Assembly (NCBI GenBank): GCA_963653535.1
Contig: CAVJWU010000003.1
Location: 8,160 to 72,159 of the forward strand
From: Azospirillum sp. CAG:239
GTDB lineage: Bacteria; Bacillota_I; Bacilli_A; RFN20; CAG-449
DNA length: 64,000 nt
Direction: 5' to 3'
Below the pieces are notes generated by a model. It was not told the origin of the DNA and ran no database searches. It saw only the letters and a program-made list of their open reading frames with translations. A program made the position numbers and the translations under genes. Shown here in pieces: positions 38,130-47,500 of the stretch. Every line of letters starts with the position of its first letter. Positions within the stretch are counted from its first letter, which is position 1.

Positions 38130-38588
38130 TTATTTTTCTTCACCTTTATAGATGAAATATCTTGCATCAGCTCTAATTACATTAACTTCTTCAACATTTT
38201 CATCTAGAGTGATCTTGCTACCTTCACATTCGTAAGTTACATCATCAACTTTACTATTAACAGTTGTTTCTGAAATTGAAACGACGTAATAAGCTTTATC
38301 ATTTTCATCAATGATTACTGAACCTTTTTTAAATTCTACTTTGCCAAAGCAAATTAAAACTCCATCAACGATTTCTCCAGCAAGTTTTCTAGGGAATAAT
38401 GAATCTTTTTCATATGCTTTAAATGATGAATGTTCACTAGCATAATTATTTTCTTTTTTTGCTTCAAGCATTGAATCATTAACGCTCTTTTTTACTTTTC
38501 CAAAGAATTTTTTAAATCCATTTTCTTTCTTGTCGTCAACAACTTCTGCTTCAACAACTTCTTTTTCTTCTTTTGTTTCTTCTGCCAT
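38130..38588 (-). CDS. Hypothetical protein with an acidic N-terminus
   Basis: 152-aa ORF with the RBS AAGGAG and an upstream promoter-like element. No motif was recognised. Confidence 0.5.
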   Translation of the reverse strand: MAEETKEEKEVVEAEVVDDKKENGFKKFFGKVKKSVNDSMLEAKKENNYASEHSSFKAYEKDSLFPRKLAGEIVDGVLICFGKVEFKKGSVIIDENDKAYYVVSISETTVNSKVDDVTYECEGSKITLDENVEEVNVIRADARYFIYKGEEK

Positions 38589-38612
38589 ATTTTTTATCTC
38601 CTTTTTTTACTT

Positions 38613-38621
38613 ATTATAGCA
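38613..38621 (-). promoter_or_regulatory. Extended -10 element upstream of the 152-aa ORF / HAD / ppiB unit
   Basis: The minus strand reads TGCTATAAT about 25 nt upstream of the ATG. Confidence 0.4.
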
Positions 38622-38654
38622 CTATAATTTATTAAATAAATTAATTTTAAAATA

Positions 38655-38689
38655 ATAAGGAAAATACGTTTAGAATGAACTAAACGTAT
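38655..38689 (-). terminator. Rho-independent terminator after valS
   Basis: 11-bp stem AATACGTTTAG / CTAAACGTATT with a 6-nt loop. The minus strand continues TTTCCTTATTATTTT. Confidence 0.7.
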
Positions 38690-38693
38690 TCTT

Positions 38694-41285
38694 CTATAAA
38701 TTAGCTTTTTTATCTAGATAAACTTGTAATTCGTCTTCATAAGCTTTTAGCTTAGCTTTTTCTTTTTCCACTTTTTCTTGTGGAGCTTTTTGAACAAATG
38801 AAGGATTATCAAGCATCTTCTTTGAACGAGTTACTTCGCTAGTTAAACGTTCAATTTCTTTATTGATTTTTTCAAGTAATGCAGACTTATCAATGTTATC
38901 TACAATAACCATTTGAGCGACCTTATAAACGTAAACATTACCTTCTTTTTTATCTAAATAGATATTAGAAACGAATCCAAATCTCTTTAAATATGTTGAG
39001 AAGAATTCTAAATCAAAATCAGAAGTAACATTTAAGAAAGAAAGTTCAACTTCTTTATTTGGGGCTAAAGAATTAGTTACCTTATAAGCTCTAATATCTT
39101 TAATCATATGAATTAAATCTTCGATAATTAACGTTTCTTTATTAAAGACTAATGTTTCATCATATTCAGGATAAGAATCTAACATAATTGATTCTTTATG
39201 AGCAGGAAGATTTAAATAAATTTCTTCAGCGATAAATGGAGTATAAGGATAAATCATAAGAATAATATCTTTTAATACTTTTATTAAAACAGCTTTAGTA
39301 TTTTGTGAAACTTCTTTATCTTCAGAATTTAATTTAACCTTACATAATTCAACATACCATGAAGTAAAATCATCATAAACAAAGTTATATAAGTGAGTTG
39401 AAGCATTGGCAAAATCATATTTTTCCATGTTAAATGTAACGTTTTTAATTGTTTCTTCTAACTTAGTTAATATATATTTGTCAATTGCATCAAGTTTAGT
39501 TACATCAACTTTTAAATTTTCTTCATTATCGTTTTCATTTAAATTCAATAAAATAAAACGAGAAGCATTCCAAATCTTATTTAAATAATTGCTTGAAGCA
39601 ATAATTTTTTCTTCAGAATATCTTGTATCAAGTCCTGGAGAAGTAGATGTTGTTAAGAAATATCTTAAAGCATCAACGCCATATTTATCGATAACGTCCA
39701 TTGGATCAATACCATTACCTAATGATTTAGACATCTTACGTCCTTGTGAATCTCTAATTAAACCATGGATTAAGCATTTATCAAATGGTTTTTGACCCAT
39801 AAATTCTAATCCTTGGAAAATCATTCTACTAACCCAGAAGAAGATAATATCATAAGCAGTAACCATGATATCTAATGGGAAATATCTCTTTAAGTCATCA
39901 GTTTGTTCTGGCCAACCTAAAGTTGAGAAAGTCCATAAAGCAGAAGAGAACCAAGTATCAAGAACATCTTCATCTTGAGTATAGTTTTCTATGTCTACTG
40001 GTGGTTCTTCGGAAACTAATACTTCACCTGTTACTTTGTGATAATAAGCAGGAATTCGATGTCCCCACCATAATTGACGTGAGATACACCAATCGTCAGT
40101 TCCAGTCATCCAGTTAATAAATATTTTATTGAATCTTTCAGGAATAAATTCAACTTTTTGATCTGAATCTTGTAATTTTAATGAATTCGCGCTTAACTGA
40201 TCCATCTTAACAAACCATTGTTTTGATAAATATGGTTCAACGACTGCATGAGATCTTTCAGAGTGACCAACTTGGTGAACAATATCTTCAATTTTAATTA
40301 AATCACCATTGTTTTTAATATCTTCAACTAATTTATCACGGCATTCATAACGATCTAAGCCATTATATTTACCACATAAATCATTCATATGAGCTGTTTC
40401 ATCCATAACAATTGGATGTGGAAAACCATATTTTTGTCCAATAATAAAGTCGTTAGGATCATGAGCAGGAGTACATTTCATCGCACCTGTACCAAATTCT
40501 AGATCAACATAGCTATCTGCGATAATAGGTAATTCATCTCCGTTTGCAGGGTTAATTACCTTTTTACCGACGACGTCTTTATATCTTTCATCTTTAGGAT
40601 TAACAACGACGCAGACATCACCAAACATTGTTTCAGGTCTAGTAGTCGCGACAGTTAAATAACGATCTTCACCGACAATATGATATTTAAAATAATACAT
40701 TTTGCCTGGATCTTCTTGATAAATTACTTCAATATTACTTAAAGCAGTTTTAAATACTGGATCCCAGTTAATAATTCTTTCTCCACGATAAATATGTCCT
40801 TTGTTATATAAATCGACGAATACTTTTCTAACCGCTTTATTTAAGCCAGCATCTAGAGTAAATCTTTCTTTAGAATAACATAAAGAAAGACCCATCTTTT
40901 CCCATTGGGAATGAATTGTTTCTGCATATTCATTTTTCCAAGCCCAAGCTTGCTCTAAGAATTTTTCTCTTCCTAAATCGTAACGAGAAATACCTTGTTT
41001 TCTTAATCTTTCTTCAACTTTTGCTTGAGTTGCAATGCCAGCATGATCCATACCTGGAAGCCACATAACATCATAACCTTTTGCTTTTTTATAACGAGCG
41101 ATAATATCTTGAACTGTAGTATTCCATGCGTGACCTAAATGTAATTTACCTGTAACATTTGGAGGAGGAATAACCATGGAGAACTTAGTTTTTGTTAAAT
41201 CTCCAGCTTCAAAATAGCCTTTATCTTTCCAATTTTTATATTTACCTTTTTCAATTTCATTTGGATTATATCTTTTGTCTAACAT
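38694..41285 (-). CDS. valS: Valyl-tRNA synthetase
   Basis: PPPNVTGKLHLGHA (HIGH) and KMSKSLGN (KMSKS), with a C-terminal coiled coil. The start was set at the ATG 41285 (MLDKRYNP) after AAGGAG. The track ORF starts at a GTG inside the T-box terminator. Confidence 0.95.
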   Translation of the reverse strand: MLDKRYNPNEIEKGKYKNWKDKGYFEAGDLTKTKFSMVIPPPNVTGKLHLGHAWNTTVQDIIARYKKAKGYDVMWLPGMDHAGIATQAKVEERLRKQGISRYDLGREKFLEQAWAWKNEYAETIHSQWEKMGLSLCYSKERFTLDAGLNKAVRKVFVDLYNKGHIYRGERIINWDPVFKTALSNIEVIYQEDPGKMYYFKYHIVGEDRYLTVATTRPETMFGDVCVVVNPKDERYKDVVGKKVINPANGDELPIIADSYVDLEFGTGAMKCTPAHDPNDFIIGQKYGFPHPIVMDETAHMNDLCGKYNGLDRYECRDKLVEDIKNNGDLIKIEDIVHQVGHSERSHAVVEPYLSKQWFVKMDQLSANSLKLQDSDQKVEFIPERFNKIFINWMTGTDDWCISRQLWWGHRIPAYYHKVTGEVLVSEEPPVDIENYTQDEDVLDTWFSSALWTFSTLGWPEQTDDLKRYFPLDIMVTAYDIIFFWVSRMIFQGLEFMGQKPFDKCLIHGLIRDSQGRKMSKSLGNGIDPMDVIDKYGVDALRYFLTTSTSPGLDTRYSEEKIIASSNYLNKIWNASRFILLNLNENDNEENLKVDVTKLDAIDKYILTKLEETIKNVTFNMEKYDFANASTHLYNFVYDDFTSWYVELCKVKLNSEDKEVSQNTKAVLIKVLKDIILMIYPYTPFIAEEIYLNLPAHKESIMLDSYPEYDETLVFNKETLIIEDLIHMIKDIRAYKVTNSLAPNKEVELSFLNVTSDFDLEFFSTYLKRFGFVSNIYLDKKEGNVYVYKVAQMVIVDNIDKSALLEKINKEIERLTSEVTRSKKMLDNPSFVQKAPQEKVEKEKAKLKAYEDELQVYLDKKANL

Positions 41286-41299
41286 AAATCTCCTTCCAT

Positions 41300-41505
41300 A
41301 AAAAAACGTCCTCACAAAGGACGTAATAACCGTGGTACCACCTTAATTTAGATATATTATAATATATCTCTTGAATAATCTTAACGCGATAAACGAAGGT
41401 ATTACCCTTTGACTCATAAGCGACATTAATTACTTAGTAAGTTCATTTTCACCATCTAGAACTCTCTTCATTACATTAGTAATTAACCTCTTAATCAACG
41501 TACAA
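41300..41505 (-). ncRNA. T-box riboswitch leader of valS
   Basis: The minus strand carries the conserved T-box AAGGTGGTACCACGG (41330-41342), the terminator ACGTCCT-TTGTG-AGGACGT plus T7, a stem I AGAGA motif and GGTGAAA distal loop, and GUC (Val) codons in the candidate specifier region. Confidence 0.8.
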
Positions 41506-41509
41506 AATA

Positions 41510-41538
41510 AGTTTAAACTATTAAAATATTCTTTTCAA
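41510..41538 (-). promoter_or_regulatory. Candidate promoter of the valS leader
   Basis: The minus strand reads TTGAAA, a 17-nt spacer, then TAAACT. Confidence 0.4.
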
Positions 41539-41557
41539 GAAATATCTTTAATTAGGT

Positions 41558-41594
41558 AGAAGAAAAGTCCTTAAAGACATAACTTTAAGGACTT
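41558..41594 (-). terminator. Rho-independent terminator after the giant ORF
   Basis: 12-bp stem AAGTCCTTAAAG / CTTTAAGGACTT with a 6-nt loop. The minus strand continues TTTCTTCT. Confidence 0.7.
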
Positions 41595-41596
41595 AA

Positions 41597-44500
41597 CTAG
41601 AACGACCAAGTTGAAGAATTATTAACTGCTTTAGATATTAAATCTAGGTCAACTGTGATATTAGAAGTAGTTTCATTAATATTATTAAATGTTCCATTAC
41701 CAGAAAGGGTAATTACGCTCATGGATGTATCAAAAGTAAATGAAGTTAAATAATCTCCATGTTTAACATTATTTTCATCGATTTGCATATCAACTTCTTG
41801 ATTTGTTAAATGAACATTTAAATTGCTTAATGAAGACATTAATTGAGAACCATCTAAAGTTACATTTGTTAAACCAGTTAAGGTCGATTCATCATAATTA
41901 TAAGAATAATTCTTTAAAATTGTATTAATATCAACATTAGGATTGGTGTTAGAAACGCTAGATTCGATAGTTCCACTTATGGTGGATTTAGAACCTAAAA
42001 TAATATTAATAATTTCTGCGATATTCTCTTTGTTACCGATATAATTAGAATCGGATTCAACAAAAGTATATACTCTATTCTTTTTACTCTTATTATTTCT
42101 TAGGTAAACCTTTTCTTCAGTCGGAGAATACAATAACTTAGATTGACCTCCATCCATAACTAAGAAGAAATAATTCGCGTTAAATGTAACTTCGATATAT
42201 GGTTTATTATTTTCATCTAAGACAATTTTTATATCATAAGTGATATTTTGTAAATTCCATTTACCTAAATTCATAGATAAGCTACCAGAAACATGATATT
42301 TTCTTAAGTTCGCGGTATTGACGAAAGCTTTTAATAAGGTAGGAATATTACCTAAATAATAATATTTACCCAATTCATTATTATCATTAGTTACGTCAAC
42401 TATATTTAGTAAAGAAGTTTCTTCTTCACTAAATGTATTAGAAATATCTAAATCAATATTAAATACTTCACATGAAGAAGAATACATGTTCTCTAATTTT
42501 ACTTTTGAAATTAAAGATTTATCTTTAGAAGAACATACTTTTAAAGAAACGATATTTTTATTTTCGCTTTCGTTATCTTTATTAAAATCTTCACCGTATA
42601 AAGAAGCATAAATATCTTTTGCATTTAAGTTTATTTCAAATTCACTTCCTGAATCATTTTGACTAATAATATATGAGTCAAATAAATTATCTAAATTAAT
42701 GTTAATATTAGGTAATTTTGTTCCATCAGTAATTGAATTTAAAACATTAGTATCAAGAGATTCTGCACTTCCTAAGTTAGTTAATAATGCCTTAATAACA
42801 GAAGAATTAATTCCCATTAAGTCACAACCATATTGAGCTAAAGAAGCAAATTCACTTCTTGAAAGATAACCTTTTAAATTTGGTCCATAATTAATAAATA
42901 AAGAATCTTTATTAATAACTTCACCATTTTTAGTATATGTAGGTAGATACGCTAAAGAAAAATTATGTGTAGAAGTTGTTACGTTATTATCATTATCGTA
43001 TTGATAAGCATTTAATGTAACATTGTTAATATTAAATTTAATTTCTTCTTCTAACGAAAGAATAATTTTACCTGAATAATCAAATAATTTCTTATTATCT
43101 TTAGACACATAATTTGATGATGTACTAGACGAAGTAGAAATAACAAATTTATTTTGTTTAAATGTATTCTTTAATGAAACAATTTGATCAATTACTGACA
43201 TTAATGAAGAACATGTAACGTAATTACTTGCTTCAATTTCATTAATTAAGGAAGAATAATTATTCTTATAAAATAAATTTAATTCAAAATCACTATTTAA
43301 TGTGATTTTACCTTCTTTAGTATTTAAATTAACATCGATTGAACTTAAATCGACAAAGTTAATAGAGTATTTTGACGCGATTTCTTGTAAAGAAAGAACA
43401 AAGCTAATTTCACTTTCATTATTATTTAAAGAAACATAATTAAGTGAAGTAATAATTTTATTAACATCAATATAAGAAGTTATATTACTTGAAGAATTAT
43501 TTTCTTTTTTAGAAATAATATATGATATAAAACTATCTAAACCATTAGATAATTCATCAATAATTTCATTAACGTTCGAATAATTAATATTAAAATCTAA
43601 AGATAATGAATCTTCTAAATATTTAATTACTTCTAACCATTCTTCGTAAGTAAGACAGCTTACAATATTAGAAAGTTTAAAATAAATATCTTTGTTAACT
43701 TTTGTAATAATTAAGTGCTCAGTATTGAAGGAAATATTTCCTCCTTTTGAAGAATCACTAGGAACGTTTTTAATATCAAAAGCAATATCTAAATAGAAAT
43801 CTAATGCGTTAGAAAAATCAATTTGATAATAGATTGATATATTAGAAATCATTCTAATAGTATCTTCGCTTGATATATTAAGACCTAATAAAGAAACAAC
43901 ATCTTTGACATTTAAGTTAAAGGCAAGATTATCTAATTTAATATATCCATCAAATTTTCTTGTTTCTAATAATGTGCTTAATGACGAAACTAAATCGGTA
44001 ATATTTTCAAATGAACAAGTTGTTACTTCACCAAATTCATTATCAAAATCATTAACTTTAGTTCTAGAAGATAAAGTTAAAGAAGTTAATGAAGAAATAT
44101 TAACATCTAATGAAGAATTATAATAAAGAATATTAACTTCATTAAGTTTAGAATTTAGAGAAGATAAATTTAATCTTAAATCAATTTTACCAACATTCGA
44201 AACATCAAAATATTTAATAATATCATTTAAAGAAATCTCTTTTAGATAAGTGATAATAGTTTCAATACTTATCTCACTTAAGGTGGATTCAATTTCTAAA
44301 GGTAAAACAATCTTACTTAAATCTAAATCTTTAATTAAGTTAGATAATGTTGTTCCTAAAGTAGTTTTAACGTTATCTAAAATATCTACTAGTTCAGAAT
44401 AAGTTCCTCCGATAACTAAAGAATAGTTATTATCTAATAATTTAACTTGGATTATGCCATTATTAAGATTAACTTTAAGTCGAATTGGTTCATTAAGATT

Positions 44501-47500
44501 ATCTATCTTAAGAATGAATTCACCACTTAAACTAATATCATTAATAATATCTTCAATACGAATTACTTCTGTATTTAATACGCTTAGATCTAATTTAGAT
44601 AAATCTAGATAAGAAATATTTCCTTGAACTGAACCACCTTCAAAGCTCGTTTCATGAAGTTCTAATGAATATACTTTATTAGAGATAAGATCTTTTATTT
44701 CTTTTATAGAAGATAAGTTACTTAAACTTGATAAATCTAAATAAGAATCTTCGTTATTAACACTAATTTCTTTTGATGAACTTAAATTATTTAATGTGAT
44801 ATTCTTTAAACTAACTTTATTTAATAAAATATCGTTTAAAGTAATTTCTTCTAAAGAAGAATTTCTTGAAGAAATATTAATCTTAAGAGAAGAAATATCA
44901 TTAACAAATTGAGTTAAGTTTAAATCGATAATAATATCTTCATCACTAAAATAAATGCCGTTAAAGAGATTATTAATATTAAGAACTAATGAAGAAGGAT
45001 CAACATTTAAAGAAGAAATAATATCTAATCCATTATCTAAAATATTTAATATTAATGAGATAGTTTCTTCATCTAATGAATAAACATCTTTAATTTCAGA
45101 AAGAACATGTTTTAAAGATGCTTTATTAAACTTAATATGTGAAGATTCAATATCAAGATAGAATGTTTCATTTAGATAACTTATTTTTATTCCAAGAGGT
45201 GAAGTTATTTCTAAGAAGAAGATAAAGTTATCATCAATCTTTTTATATGATAATTCTCCTTCTATACGATAAGTAGAAGAATTATATAAACAGTCTAATG
45301 AGAAATAAGTAGATAAATCTTGTTTAGAAACTAATGAATAAACTTTATTTAAAGAAGAAATAACTGGTTTTAAATTAACATATTCACTTTCATTTATTGA
45401 AGTAGAAAATGTTTCACCTTGTTTTAAGATAATATCTTCATTTAATGTATCTAAAGAAACTAACTTAATATTATGACGAGCTAAACTAATTACTAATTCA
45501 TAATTAAATTTAGAACTAGTAACATCATTTAAATCTAATTTAATTTCATTTCCACTTGTCTTAATAGAATTAATAATCGATAAGATATTAATATTAGATA
45601 AATTAATGTCACTTAAATTAAAGTCAGGAACATATTCATTTAATAATTCTTTTATTTCGTCTAAGGATAAATATACTTTACTATTATCATTTAAAGTTAA
45701 ATACATTTTCTTATCGACATAATAGAAACTAATATTACCTGTGATATTTTGATAAGTTATTTCTAATGTACCTTTAACTAATGATTCATCAAGATTAGTT
45801 AAATTAGGTTTAACATTAATTTCACCATTTAAGTTAAGATCATTAAATGTTAAGTTATTAATATTTACGTTTAAATATCCATTTTCAATATAAGAAAGAA
45901 GTTCGTTAGTTAAATTAATTAATGAAAGAGTTGTTACTTCACCAAATTCATTATCAAAATCATTAACTTTAGTTCTAGAAGATAAAGTTAAAGAAGTTAA
46001 TGAAGAAATATTAACATCTAATGAAGAATTATAATAAAGAATATTAACTTCATTAAGTTTAGAATTTAGAGAAGATAAATTTAATCTTAAATCAATTTTA
46101 CCAACATTCGAAACATCAAAATATTTAATAATATCATTTAAAGAAATCTCTTTTAGATAAGTGATAATAGTTTCAATACTTATCTCACTTAAGGTGGATT
46201 CAATTTCTAAAGGTAAAACAATCTTACTTAAATCTAAATCTTTAATTAAGTTAGATAATGTTGTTCCTAAAGTAGTTTTAACGTTATCTAAAATATCTAC
46301 TAGTTCAGAATAAGTTCCTCCGATAACTAAAGAATAGTTATTATCTAATAATTTAACTTGGATTATGCCATTATTAAGATTAACTTTAAGTCGAATTGGT
46401 TCATTAAGATTATCTATCTTAAGAATGAATTCACCACTTAAACTAATATCATTAATAATATCTTCAATACGAATTACTTCTGTATTTAATACGCTTAGAT
46501 CTAATTTAGATAAATCTAGATAAGAAATATTTCCTTGAACTGAACCACCTTCAAAGCTCGTTTCATGAAGTTCTAATGAATATACTTTATTAGAGATAAG
46601 ATCTTTTATTTCTTTTATAGAAGATAAGTTACTTAAACTTGATAAATCTAAATAAGAATCTTCGTTATTAACACTAATTTCTTTTGATGAACTTAAATTA
46701 TTTAATGTGATATTCTTTAAACTAACTTTATTTAATAAAATATCGTTTAAAGTAATTTCTTCTAAAGAAGAATTTCTTGAAGAAATATTAATCTTAAGAG
46801 AAGAAATATCATTAACAAATTGAGTTAAGTTTAAATCGATAATAATATCTTCATCACTAAAATAAATGCCGTTAAAGAGATTATTAATATTAAGAACTAA
46901 TGAAGAAGGATCAACATTTAAAGAAGAAATAATATCTAATCCATTATCTAAAATATTTAATATTAATGAGATAGTTTCTTCATCTAATGAATAAACATCT
47001 TTAATTTCAGAAAGAACATGTTTTAAAGATGCTTTATTAAACTTAATATGTGAAGATTCAATATCAAGATAGAATGTTTCATTTAGATAACTTATTTTTA
47101 TTCCAAGAGGTGAAGTTATTTCTAAGAAGAAGATAAAGTTATCATCAATCTTTTTATATGATAATTCTCCTTCTATACGATAAGTAGAAGAATTATATAA
47201 ACAGTCTAATGAGAAATAAGTAGATAAATCTTGTTTAGAAACTAATGAATAAACTTTATTTAAAGAAGAAATAACTGGTTTTAAATTAACATATTCACTT
47301 TCATTTATTGAAGTAGAAAATGTTTCACCTTGTTTTAAGATAATATCTTCATTTAATGTATCTAAAGAAACTAACTTAATATTATGACGAGCTAAACTAA
47401 TTACTAATTCATAATTAAATTTAGAACTAGTAACATCATTTAAATCTAATTTAATTTCATTTCCACTTGTCTTAATAGAATTAATAATCGATAAGATATT

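Noticed and set aside
41286-41315. N-terminal extensions in the track ORFs for valS (41315), the Fic-like gene (27196), the YcjF-like gene (35099), the GT2 gene (29665), the lipoprotein genes (16725, 56296) and dinB (6111).
   Set aside because: Three of the extensions start at GTG, and the valS extension lies inside the T-box terminator. Each extension also lacks an RBS. In every case an internal ATG is preceded by a strong Shine-Dalgarno sequence, and it restores either the canonical N-terminus or a proper signal peptide.
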